From: Malacoraja senta | Taxonomy: Eukaryota | NCBI GenBank assembly: GCA_038087875.1 | Contig: CM075997.1 | Location: 1,614,001 to 1,678,000 of the forward strand | Length of the DNA: 64,000 nt | Direction: 5' to 3' | Part shown: positions 51,058-63,252 of the stretch, one piece after another | Numbering within the stretch: position 1 is the stretch's first letter | Layout: the number at the start of each line of letters is the position of its first letter | Program-made: the position numbers and the translations under genes | Notes under the pieces: model-generated | The model's database searches: none | The model's input: the letters and a program-made list of their open reading frames with translations, nothing else | Told to the model about the DNA's origin: nothing

Positions 51058-52098
51058 TAGCAATGTTACAAAATTTTGAGATTTAAAAAATAAAGTCTGC
51101 AATTTATCCCATCAGATAAAGCATAAAAAGAAGTTTAATTTGACACTTAATTCACTTTCATATCTTCAGTATTAAAAAAGTTATGGCCATTATCATACTC
51201 AGAAATTAGCATCTAGTTCCCTATTGCTTTTCCATTGACTTAACACAAAAGCTGTGATCGAGGACAGTTAAAAGCCCATAACTTTCTTAAAAATTATGGT
51301 AACTGAAAGAAATGTTCAGGTATTATAGATTGAAGCATTCTGAAACAAATATGAAACAATCTTACTTCGAAGACATGAAAGTAAAGCATATAATTAGTTA
51401 GTTACCTAATTGTAGCTAATTACAAAATTCAATTACTAGATCTAAACATCTATCAATTTCTTAAGAATAGATTAACATTTTTAAATAGCCTAAGTGTCCA
51501 AATAACATTCACACAATAATTCACAATATAACATAATTTTTAAATCTAATTTTCATGAATTTACAGGCCAAATGGAAGGAATTGAATGTTTAATACCTGT
51601 AAATTAATGGGCATTTAATTCATCTTGCGAGTGAGGATTACTGGAACGCGATCTTTTGGAACGTTCATTTGCGGTGAATTTAACCCCGTATTGGCATGAA
51701 AAATACTGCCGTTAATTCGGGGAATAAAATCACCGTGTCGCATGACAAAATGTGAATGAAAGGCTTCTTAAGAAGCACTTTTATACATTTAAAGAAAGCA
51801 CTTTCGTTTACCTGTCCATTGTGTGAAATCCGTCCCCGTTATCGGCGTTGACGCTTCAGGAGCTGCTTTTAAAATGACTGTAGCGCTGACATTGACGATT
51901 TAATAAAAATAAAAAATTCACAAAACGCCGGTGGGAACGATTTTGTCAGCCAACGCTTGTACTCCAACAAAATATTCCCAGGACAAGGTAGGAGAAACCC
52001 GCGTTTTAACCCCGCCCCCCCTTAAAGGCGCCAAAATCGCGCACACGGCCAGTGGCAGAATTACAGCGCGACTGAAGGTAAGTTTTGTAACATACCTA
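51058..52098. mobile_element. Non-autonomous DNA transposon with TAG...CTA termini and 7-bp TSD (hATw-like)
   Basis: 16-bp TIRs tagcaatgttacaaaa / ttttgtaacataccta (2 mismatches); cttatgg at 51051-51057 and 52099-52105. Confidence 0.8.
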
Positions 52099-53019
52099 CT
52101 TATGGTACATTCTCGTTGAATGTTTTTGTATTTAGGATTCTGTAGGTTGCAGATCCTGATGTAGTCAGCAGGCAGCACCAACCTTAAAGTTAACAGTCTA
52201 CACAGAGATCGGGTCTGTTGTGACATATTGCCATTATATAGCAAGGATTAAGATTAGTTATGGAGGAAAGCCAGATTTGAGAAGGGTACCCCAATCCCAT
52301 GTATGGTGGTTGATGTTGATCCCTGCATTTTTCTTAGTATGGTTTAATTTGGAGAATCAGCGCGGATACAGGCCCTTCGGCCCACCGAGTCTGCGCCAGT
52401 TTCCACGTCACCTATTCCTTCGCTCCACAGATGCTGCATTACCCGCTGAGTTTCTCCAGCATTTTTGTCTACCTAAAATGTTAAATGTCAGTATGTTTGT
52501 TTCCTCAAGTTTTCCTGGAGTAAACATGAGGGAGGTGTGTCTCTTCTAAATTAAACATTTCCTACTTATTTGTGTTTTGTATCAGTGTCCAGCAAGCTTG
52601 GGTCAGTCAGTTTAGCTTTATTTAGTTTTATTTTTGCCTTGAGCTTTGATCCCAGCTTTTGAAAGAATAGCCTCTTGCATCAATGTCCACTTTTCCGTGT
52701 ACGATCCTTCTGGACCTTGTAAGATTGACATTTTGAATTAACGAAGTTGGCTTTCTGTAAATCCAAACCCACCGAGCATTGTGCTGAAGCTAACTCCTTT
52801 CATGTGTAACAGAAATCGACACTGAAATTCTCGACCTGCTTTCCAGGCTTACTTTAAAACCGGGGCGTAGAAATGAAGCAACACTAATAGAACGTTGTGC
52901 CAACTCATTGCACCATCCTGCCTGCTAATGAGGCAAATTTAAAAACACATGCCCGCAAACGAATCCAACCCTTAAATTTAACATCCAATATAGCTACGCT
53001 AAATTGGACCACTATATTG

Positions 53020-53245
53020 TGAGAGAGGGATAGTTTAATGGAGATGTGCGTGGCAAGTTTTTCGTCTGGGGTGGTGGTGGTGGAGACATATTCGATGGTG
53101 GCATTTAAGAGGGTTTTAGATAGGCTTATGGAACTTCAGGGAGTCGAGGGATATGCATCGTATATAGCCAGATGAGATCAGTTTAACTTGGCATCATGTT
53201 CGTCACAAACATTGTGGGCCGAAGCGCCCGTTTCTGTACGGTTCG
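53020..53245 (+). mobile_element. CR1-like LINE 3' fragment
   Basis: gtggcatttaagagg...ttgtgggccgaagcgcccgtttctgtac tail. Confidence 0.7.
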
Positions 53246-55164
53246 ATATAATTTCAACAAGTTGCTTTAGAAGATGTAACGGGATCCCATAATCGTAATT
53301 TAACAGGATCGAAAGCATCGATATCTGCCATAAACCATGACCTTGTTGGTTATTGGTGACGCAATAATTGTGGGTAGTTTTGAGTTCTGTTTCTGAAGTG
53401 CCTGTGGTTACAGCTTTGGGAGGAATCTTGAGGCAGGTTCTATTTTGTTTATTGTCCAGTGGCCCAATGAGAAGGCGCCGATTCCATTTTAATTGCGATG
53501 GTATCTTTTTTTTCCGTATGCTTTGATGATGTAATTCAAATCATTGGTGTTTGAGCACCTCCCTCTCCAGCATAGCTGAGAATTGCCTTCACTTCTGGAA
53601 TTTCCCCAGGTTAAGACTTTGACCAGGCTTTCTGCGTGGTCATGTTCAGAAACGGGATCAGCTTTCACATGTACATTGGGGTACAACCCACCCTCTGTCT
53701 TAACAATATGCTACATTAATATCTGTTCAAGCAGACTGCTTGTCTGACAATTTATGGGTGAGACAGGATTTCCTTTGGGAAGAACAAGGCCATCAAAATC
53801 AGTCTTTGCCAAAATAATTGCACTTTGTCCAGCGATTCCATTTTTGCTGCTTTCTTCATATCAGTTGCACTTCACTGTTCTATTTGATCAAGGTTGAATT
53901 TCAAATTTACTTATTTTAATCCAATACTTTGGCCATTTACTTTCATTTTGAGAGAATTAACTCAAAACAAAAGCAAGAAACCCTTGCTTTTATTTGGAAG
54001 CGGCTTTTGTGCTATTGCCACCCTATCCTTGACTTTTTCAACAAATTTCCTGTTAATTAAAAATTCAAAATTTAAAGTCATTCAGAATTTGCTCAAATCC
54101 CCACTGAACTACTTATGCACCCTGGTAAACTACAAATGGAATTTGGATTGCCTTTAAACACTCGACTGATCAAACCCATAATCTGCACTTCATGAGCTCC
54201 ATATCACCCTTTAGCCTTGTCGCTCCATGTCCATGTGAATCTTCTCCCCACAGATGACGTCCACATTGTAGATCGAGATGGATCTTGATTAATTTTAAAG
54301 AAACAAAATTCTGGATACACTGAGCAGTGATGGAAAGAGAAATAGAATTAACCTTTCAGATGGAAAGCCCTTTCGCAGAGTACATTGACTTAAAATATCA
54401 ACTCTATACCTCGGTGCCCCAGTGCTGCCTGACCTCCTGAGCATTTCCAGCATTCTTCTGTTTTAATTTCAGAATCATAAGGTCAGTGGAGCACAAATGG
54501 ATTTCCATCTTCTGCAGATTTTGCTTTCAGGATCTTGATAAGTTGCGGTGATGAGGCATTGACCTGAAACATTAATTCTATTTGTCTCGGCAAAATGCTA
54601 CATGATCAGAATGCTGGAGATGCTCTGGTTACAGTTGGTTTCTTGATGGCTGCAACAAATTAGGGCTCTCCTAATATAGAATATTGTTTGTAGAGGAAGG
54701 AACTGCAGATGCTGATTTAAACCGAAGATAGACAAAAAGCTTAGCGGGTCAAACCGCATCTCTGGAGAAAAGGAATAGGGGACATTTTGGATTGAGACCC
54801 TTCTTCAGGCTGATGTCCCTGAGTTACTTCAGCTTCTTGTGTCTATCTAATGTTTGTACAGGATAGTCATGTTTACCATCTTTAAAACAGAGATTAAGGA
54901 GAGAGAATTTGGTCAGGATGTAATTTTGATATTGATTAGAGTGGTTTCAATAGTGGTAGGGCAGAGATAGCAATGCAATGGACATATTCAGCGCCGGAGT
55001 TGTATACTAGTACAGCTTTTACCAATGTGCCTAAAAGATAATAGGAAGCGGTTAGCATCAATGCAGAAGCTCCCTGTTGTGTCCTTGCAGAATAGACACA
55101 AACACTATTATTCAGTTTATTTTCCTCATACACTTCATGTTGGATCACATCCCTTAATTAAGTG

Positions 55165-55462
55165 TTGTTTAGTTTAGTTTATAAATACAGCATGGAAACG
55201 GGGCCCCTCAGCCCATTGAGTCTGCACCGACCAGCGATCACCCTGTACACTGTCCTGCACATACGAGGGACAATTTACAATTTTACTGAAGCCAATTAAC
55301 CTACAAACTTGTACGTCTTTGGAGTGTGGGAGGAAACTGGAGCACCCGGAGAAAACCCATGCAGGTCATAGGGAGAATGTATAAACTCCGTACAGACAGC
55401 ACCCATAGTCAAGATCAAACCCGGGTGTCTGGCGATGGATAGCAGCAACTCTCCCATTGCTT
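55165..55462 (-). mobile_element. HE1-type SINE
   Basis: (gttta)n tail followed by the reverse-complement body. Confidence 0.85.
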
Positions 55463-57474
55463 TCAGTAAACTATACCGAAATGTGTGCGATAATTTAAAA
55501 TATCTTCAGTTTATTAATACAAACTCTTGCTTTATGTGAAATCTAGCCAGCTAACTTGTGGTTTAGCTTGCTTCCATCTCTTCCTGTTATGGCCTGAAGC
55601 CAAGCAAAAAGTATGTTTTCACTTATGCAAAATGGGAGATGTGGGTCAGAAACATTTTTGGTTCTGTTGTAATCTAAACAGAAAAGCAAATCCACTGTAC
55701 GGTCAAATCTCTGTTTCTAATCCACTACAAGCTGAACTTGATGTTGAAGAGTATCCTGGCAACATAGTTCAGAAATAGTGATGGTGGAGAAGTCAAGTCC
55801 CTTTCTCCTTGTGTCAGGTGATGTTATCCCACCACGAATGTTTATCTCACTGGTGCCTGGAGAAGATCTGCACAGCTTGGCTGCTGCACTGAAGGAATAA
55901 GCACACAGAGTTTGTTCTTTGCATCATTTAGAAGAAAAGCTGGTTTTGGTTGTGTTTTCGGCACTAACGCAGTCTTTGCGATTCAAGCATTTTTGTGCGT
56001 GTGCCTTTCTTGATATGAAGCCATCTCGTTTGTCAACGGTTTCTGGTGCACTGGCCTGTGTGTTGAATTTTGTGCAGGGGGGAACAGCAGATGCTGGTAT
56101 ACGCTGAAGAGAGACACAAAATGCTGGAGTAACCCAGCGGGTCAGGCAGCATTTCTGGAGAAAAGGAATAGGTGATGTTTTGGGTTGAAACCCTTCCTTC
56201 TATTGCGCCCCCCCCCCCCCCCCCACACTCCCATCAGTCTGAAGAAGGGTCCTAACCAGAACAGCACCTATGCTTGTGTTCCCGAAATGCTGGAGTAACA
56301 CCTGCTGTGTTACTCCAGCATTTTATGTCCATTTGGGTAAACCAGCACCTGCAGTAACTTTTTTCTAAACGACAGGAAGATCTTTGCTCCATGGGGTCAT
56401 TGTAGGCACCAGCAGATGTAGTGCACCTAATGAGTTGTTCACTGTCTTTTCATTCAAGTGTTTAAACCAGTATGTACCTCGGATGAATATTTCGTATGGA
56501 GAGGATTTTTTTGTACTCTATGAAGGACCAGCCCCTTGTTTGTGTTGCAAATTATTCGGTTCTGACTATAATCAAGATTTGACAAACAAATAGGTTTCGC
56601 TTCTGAATCGTACATTGTGTCCTCTAAATCTTTGTTTAGTTTCCTTTGCTTCCTGTTTCCTAATTTACCTCTCCTAAAATGCCATAATCTAAATAGATTA
56701 ATGATTTCCCCCTCTTATCTTTCCTTTCCCCCCACCCCCCAAAAAAAGAACCAGCTTCTATCTAATCAACATATTACTCTTAAACACAATTTGAAACAAT
56801 GGACAATCAGAGTTAAATCTTGCGTTTTCTAAATTATGTGAGCTTTTAAAAAAAATATGAAGGCCACAGGTTACACAGTAAGTGGAAATGGAGATCCATC
56901 TTGAACCCACTGCCCAGGAGTCGTGCATTTTTTTTGTTTTTGCTGAAACAAATAGCCTTCAGTGCGTGATGAAGTAGATCGCAAGTTTGGCCTCATTTTT
57001 TCGACCTGATAGAAAATGTGGTTTATTTTAATTATTAAGCTTGGTTTAATGTTTCGGAATGCTTTGGCCTGGATCTACTGCCAACGTGATGGTAGTCAAT
57101 GTGTTTGAGACCTGGACTTCCTACAGCACAAATTGGGGGGGGGGGGGGGGGGGAAGCAACACTGTCTCTACAAAATCCACCAAATTCACTGAAAGGATGA
57201 GTAAGCCAATATTAGTTTCCTCTCCCATGTCAACTGGCCCTGAATTGTGGTGGCTCTACCCTATTAGCTCCATTGGGAAGGTTGTGTCACTTGCATGCCT
57301 GATGCCAGGCTCCTAAAAAAGACATTCTGTTCTGTGCTCTGTGGAAAGACAGAGGAAAACATTCAAGCCTCCATGGAGAAATGTAATATCGCCACAGGCT
57401 TGTATTCATTCAAAGTGGAGGGGTCAGGGTATTAAGCATGACGAGATGCAAGGATCGACAGATGCTGGTTTAAT

Positions 57475-57925
57475 AATGTGTTTGAGACCGGTGGACGACA
57501 TCGTCGGGAGCTCGCAGGTCACAGGTTGGTGACCTGTTTTTCTGGGGCTCCCGCAACTACAGCTGCGTCCGCTGGACTGGAGGGCGGCAGCTTCGGCCAC
57601 CCCGGGCCGTGGAGTTTAAACCGTCCTGTCGCAGACGGAGCACGGATTCAGCTGCGTGACTGACTTACCATCACCCGGCGGGGCCAGAACATCAGAAGCC
57701 TGGATCGCCTCAGCGCAGAGGGAGAACAAAGAGGGAAGAGACAGAGACTTTAAGACTTTTGCCTCCATCACAGTGAGGAGGTGCCTGGTGAACTCACTGT
57801 GGTGGATGTTAATTTGTGTTTATTGTGTGTTTTGTTATTTATTATATGTATGACTGCAGGCAACGAAATTTCGTTCAGACCGAAAGGTCTGAATGACAAT
57901 AAAGGAATCAAAGTCAAAGTCAATA
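57475..57925 (+). mobile_element. GC-rich short retroposon with a Rex1-type 3' end, inserted into a pLTR copy
   Basis: Tail aatttcgttcagaccgaaaggtctgaatgacaataaag followed by (tcaaag)n; it splits agatgctggttt | aaagacacaaagtgctggag. Confidence 0.6.
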
Positions 57926-58239
57926 AAAAAGACACAAAGTGCTGGAGTAACTCAGCGGATCAGGCATCATCTCTGGAGAACATGGACATGTGACTTTTGA
58001 GTCAGGACCCTTCAGACACATGTCTCAAGAGTGGATCTATGGATTAGGAGTAAACAGACTTTGAATAAGCCGTGGAAGCAGCAGTCCACTTCACAAGCTA
58101 CCCATCGACCTCGTACCCCAGCTGAGCAAGAGTATGTGGTTCCCACGCTGGCTTCATTAGCCACTTCATTATAAACAAACACTGAGTGGAAGTCTTTCTG
58201 ACCCTGAGGGACTGCCGATGCAGCCGTTAGTGGCCAGTG

Positions 58240-58680
58240 TTAGTATATTGGTTTATTATTGTCTTGCGTGCCAAGATACGGGGAAAAACGGTTTTGCATG
58301 CTACTCGGGCAAATCATTAGCATACACGAGTAGAATCAAGCTATATAGCGTGGAAGTGGCCAATTGAAAAGTAAATAGTGCGGACTATCGTTTTGCAGCT
58401 ACAGAGAAGTGGAGGGAAAAGTGCAAGGGCTACACTGAGGTAGATTGAGAGATTGGGGCTACACCCATGGCATATAAGAGTTTAATAACAGCAAGGAATA
58501 ATTTAGCAGAGTTTGCAAAGAGGGGAAGTTTTTTCTTCCCACAATTCTTATTGTAGGTAGTCCAGGTCTCAAAAACATTTACTGCCATGAATCTGGAGGT
58601 ATGTGCTTTCAAGCTTTTGTATCTATTCCCTGATGGGAGAGGAGAGAAGAGGGTGGTGTTAGGGAGAGAAGTTGCCAAAC
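58240..58680 (-). mobile_element. Rex1-like LINE 3' remnant
   Basis: LPSGNRYKSLKAHTSRF peptide; tail ggtttattattgtc on the + strand. Confidence 0.55.
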
Positions 58681-59154
58681 CAAGTTGTGATACATGTCAA
58701 TAGGATTTCTTTTTACTATTCATCTGTAGAATTTAAGTGTATGGAGATATGCTAATTTCCTTAGTCTACTGAGGAAGTTAGAGGCATTTGGGATGCTTTC
58801 TTGTCTTAGCATCAGTGTAGATGAACTAGGACAGATTGTTCAGTCTGAGTCCTAGTTATTACATCCACTTTTATATTCTAATTCGTTCATGAAAGCAGGC
58901 TGCTGGGACCAAGATCCTCTGTTATACATTTTGCATAAATGATTCCTTTGAGCTATGAGGACTGATTAAATATGCAAGTTACAATTATGAATTCGGCTCC
59001 TATTGTCCCCGAGTGTCGGAGATCTTTATGGAATATCTGAGAGAAAAGTTGTGGCAAAAGTTTTCTTTCCTGAGAGTTTTTGCTGAATAATTGCCTTGGA
59101 GAGAGATCCAGCAGTTCAAGAAAGAATACATAGATTACTGAATCAATAGATCTT

Positions 59155-59461
59155 TTAGGTTTTAGTTTTAGATATACAGTGCGGAAACGGGCCCTTCGGC
59201 TCACCGAGTCCGTGTCGACCAGCGATCCCCTAACACTACCCTACACACACTAGGGACAATTTACAATTATACCAAGCCAATTAGCCAACAAACCTGTATG
59301 TCTTTGGAGTGTGGGAGGAAACCGGAGATCCCGGAGAAAAACTAACTCGGATCACAGGGAGAACTTGCAAACTCCATACAGACAAGCTAATAGTCAGGAT
59401 CAAACCCTTGTCACTGGCTGTGTAAGGCAGCAACTCTACCGCTGCGCTACTGTGCCGCCCC
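59155..59461 (-). mobile_element. HE1-type SINE
   Basis: Full reverse-complement body ending ctctaccgctgcgctactgtgccgccc. Confidence 0.85.
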
Positions 59462-59530
59462 TATTTGACCGTGAGGTGCATAGGATGCTGGGATGGCTAT
59501 CATTGAGTTTTCTTTGGAGAGTGAGTTCAA

Positions 59531-59743
59531 TTTAGAATGGAACTCCGTAAGAAGGAACTGCAGATGCCGGTTTACACCAAAGATTGACACAAGATGCTGG
59601 AGTAACTCAGCGGGTCAGGCAGCATCTCTGGAGAAAAGAAATAGGCGACGTTCTGGTCGATACATCACCGATTTCTCCAGAGATGCTGCCTGACCCGCTG
59701 AGTTACTCCAGCATTTTGTGTCTATCTTTAGAATTGAACTCTG
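59531..59743. mobile_element. Fold-back pLTR insertion with about 17-bp imperfect target duplication
   Basis: tttagaatggaactccg / tttagaattgaactctg flanks; arms atgctggagtaactcagcgggtcaggcagcatctctggagaaa and its exact reverse complement. Confidence 0.85.
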
Positions 59744-60294
59744 CCGTCTCAAGTGAACAAGTTATGAATGTAAATCAACAGATCTGCTAATTCCAAAGGT
59801 GAAGGGAAATGTTATTACAACTCATTCTTGAGGGTTCTTGTTTGTACTTTGGTTGCTGTCTGTATTCAACCTGTGATATTCCTCACAATTCAACAAACGA
59901 ATGACTAGGTGGAATCATGCAGAATACTGCATGAATGAATTCCATTTTTTTAGAGATTGTAACTGTTAAAAGCAACTTCTTAGATTTGGGAAAGGTAAAT
60001 ATAGAAATATATTCCACTCTTATTTTAATTCTTGTAAACGTGACAAAAATCTCCGCTGACAAAGGTCTGTGGACCAGTGAGAACTGGTGCCTAAATTTGT
60101 GCTATTGCACTCACTGAAAATCTGTTGATTTCTTAAAATAGAAATATGGTTTAATTTCTCGGTGTTGTCATTGTCACTATCACGAACATTGGAGAAACCC
60201 CTGAATCTAATATCAAGAGTGCACATTTATCGATTTGAGATCAGTGAGTTTCATGATGTATTTTGTCCAATATTGGGCAAGTGAATGGATGATT

Positions 60295-60870
60295 TCCTCA
60301 GTTCATAAGATCTAGGGGCAGAATTAAGCCATTCGGCCCATCAAGTCTACTCTGCCATTCAATCGAGGCTAATCTATCTTTCCCTCTCAACCCCATTCTC
60401 CTATCTTCTCCCCATAACACCTGACCCCATTACTAATCAGTATTCATTCATTATTGTTGATGGAGGTTTATTTCACCCTCCTCGCCTGCCACCATGACGG
60501 ACAATACGTACAGAATAGTGAAAGGCTTCGATGGAGTGGATGTGGAGAGGATGTTTCCACTAGTGGGAGAGTCTAGGACTAGAGGTCACAGCCTCAGAAT
60601 TAAAGGATTTTCTTTTAAGAAGGACATGAGGAATTTCTTTAGTCAGAGGGTGGTGAATCTGTGGAATTCTTTGCCACAGAAGGCGGTGGAGGCAAAGTCA
60701 ATGGATATATTTAAGGCAGAGATAGATAGATAGATTCTTGATTAGTGCGGGTGTCAGGGGTTATGGAGAGAAGGCAGGAGAATGGGGTTAGGAGGGAGAG
60801 ATAGATCAGCCATGATTGAATGGTGGAGTAGACTTGTTGGGCCGAATGACCTAATTCTATTCCTATCACT
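60295..60870. mobile_element. Two CR1/HER1-like 3' ends in opposite orientation (60295-60440 minus, 60500-60870 plus)
   Basis: ORF 60494-60733 (YRIVKGFDGVDVERMFP...FFSQRVVNLWNSLP); the upstream piece is the reverse complement of the 3' UTR. Confidence 0.85.
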
Positions 60871-61037
60871 GATGAATACAAGGTAACGCAATATTTCACC
60901 TGTGTCTGTTCACCTACAAGAACTGACGGGTAATATTTAGTCGCTGACAAATCCTTTTCCATCCTCGCCATAATCCACTCTCAAGTTCAATTTACGATGA
61001 GTGAGAGTAGTTAAGTCAGGACACTGACCCAAAGCAC

Positions 61038-61251
61038 TTGTGGCCCAATAGGGGGCCAAATGCTGGAGTAACTCAGCGAGTCGGCAGCATCTCTGGAGAA
61101 GCTGACGTTCTGTATCAAGACCCTTTATCAGACAAAGGGCCCTTTGCTGCTTGACCCGTAACGTCACATATTCCTTTTCTCCAGAGATGCTGCCTGACCT
61201 GCCGAGTTACTCCAGCATTTTATGTCCTTGGTTTCTATATTTGTGGCCCAA
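61038..61251. mobile_element. Fold-back pLTR insertion with 11-bp target duplication
   Basis: ttgtggcccaa at 61038-61048 and 61241-61251. Confidence 0.8.
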
Positions 61252-61402
61252 GCTTTGTGATCATTTAATGTTTTCATTTGTATCTTTTTAAACAATGCTG
61301 CCAGCCAGTCATTGAATATGAATGAGATGCTTTCATTGGGAGGTTATACAATCTCTAATAAATCTGTGAAGTGGGGTCAAGTAACTTTCATTTCTTTTAA
61401 AG

Positions 61403-61480
61403 GTCTTGGAACCGAGGGACTCTACCGCGTTAGTGGGAACAAGTCAGAGATGGAAAGTCTCCAGAGGCAGTTTGATCAAG
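61403..61480 (+). CDS. ARHGAP35: ARHGAP35 exon (78 nt): (G)[25 protein letters not shown](D), RhoGAP arginine-finger exon
   Basis: Acceptor tttcttttaaag| at 61402 and donor CAAG|GTAAGC at 61480. Phase 1 matches the previous exon and it encodes the EGLYRVSG catalytic motif. Too short for the ORF track. Confidence 0.96.
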
Positions 61481-61836
61481 GTAAGCCATAGATAAAGGTC
61501 ATAAATGGTGCATCACCTGGCTCTGCACAGTGTAATAGATTTACATTTTTACCTGTTCCACCCATGAAACTTGGTCCTCGTGGCCTGATCACTGTTATAA
61601 ATATGTTTAATGCAAGTGTGGCCCACATTTTAGTCCTGACTTTGGCACTAATAATGCAGAATAATGGAGTTTTTTCTTCTCTATGAGGTACTACTTCACT
61701 GCTACCTGCCCATCGAAACAGGAAGCAAATTCGCTAAATGCAAAAAAAACAACCCTGAAGCCATATATTTGAATTAACACAGAAAATACTGCAAACACTC
61801 AGCAGTTCAGGTGGCATCTGTAGAAGAAAATAAACA

Positions 61837-62262
61837 ATTACTAACACCTATGAGAGAGAAGTGAGTGTTACCAAACTTCTGAATTCTCTGGGGTGGAACG
61901 CTCTCCAAGACAGACGTGAAGCTCACCGTTTGACCTGTTTTTTACAAAATGTTAAATGGTCAGCTCGACATAGATTACAAGACCTACACCAAACCCAAAC
62001 CAATTAGGAGCAGACGAGGGCATTCGATCCAATTTGTGATTCCAGCTACCAAGACAGATGTGTACAGCAATTAGTTCTTCCCCCGCACAATTAAAGCATG
62101 GAATAATCTTCACCCTACTATAGTTACCCAACCAGATGCAACTAAATTTAAGGTTGCTCTTTCTTCCCAAAAACCCTTTCTGGCTTGGTCCTCCCTCCAC
62201 CACCTCCAGTTTAAATTCCATTTGGAATATTTTGGAGGACCAAGAAACCAAGAACCAAGAAG
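61837..62262 (+). mobile_element. LINE 3' end of a distinct CR1-group lineage
   Basis: EREVSVTKLLNSLGWNALQDRREAHRLTCF/YKMLNG...N*FFPRTIKAWNNL (one frameshift, one stop), with a (ccaagaa)n tail. Confidence 0.8.
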
Positions 62263-62614
62263 AATTAATTTTTAAGGTTCAGAGCCTTATTTAATTTAGA
62301 AAAAATGGGGTCCTCTTACTGTGCCTCCTGTTGTGGGATTAACCTAAATTTAATCCTGAACTGCCCGGGGTCATAGTCTTACAGTATGGAAACAGGCCCT
62401 TCGGCCCAATTTGCCCACACCAGTCAATATGGCCCATCTACCGTAGTCCCAGTTGCCTACATTTGGCCCATATCCTTCTAAACCTGACCTACCAATCTAA
62501 TGTTTCTTAAACTTTGCAATAGTACCAGCCTGTTTAAAAACAATTCAAATGTAAATGTCTTAAAAATACGCTGACCAAAATTGTTCACAGTAGTAAATCA
62601 TACCTTTTTCCTAG

Positions 62615-63252
62615 AGGCTTCTCACTTTTATAACAAGAGGAATCGAATATAGGAGCAAATAGGTCCTTCTGCAGTTGTACAGAGCCCTAGTGAGACCACA
62701 CCTGGAGTATTGTGTGCAGTATTGGTCCCCTAATTTGAGGAAGGACATTCTTGCCATTGAGGGAGTGCAGCGTAGGTTTACAAGGTTAATTCCCGGGATG
62801 GCGGGACTGTCATATGCTGAGAGAATGGAGCAGCTGGGCTTGTACACTCTGGAGTTTAGAAGGATGAGAGGGAATCTCATTGAAACATATAAGATTGTTT
62901 AGGGCTTGGACACACTAGAGGCAGGAACCATGTTCCCGATGTTGGGGGAGTCCAGAACCAGGGGCCACAGTTTAAGAATAAGGAGTAAGCCATTTAGAAC
63001 GGAGACGAGGAAACACTTTTTCTCACAGAGAGTGGTGAGTCTGTGGAATTCTCTGCCTCAGACGGCGGTGGAGGCAGGTTCTCTGGATGCTTTCAAGAGA
63101 TAGCTAGATAGGGCTCTTAAAAATAGCAGAGTCAGGGGATATGGGGAGAAGGCGGGAACGGGGTACTGATTGGGAATGATCAGCCATGATCACATTGAAT
63201 GGCGGTGCTGGCTCGAAGGGTCAAATGGCCTACTCCTGCACCTATTGTCTAT
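62615..63252 (+). mobile_element. Young CR1/HER1-like LINE 3' end
   Basis: ORFs 62675-62902 and 62906-63103 (RPHLEYCVQYWSP...FFSQRVVSLWNSLP) separated by one stop; 3' UTR ends ctcctgcacctatt. Confidence 0.92.
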
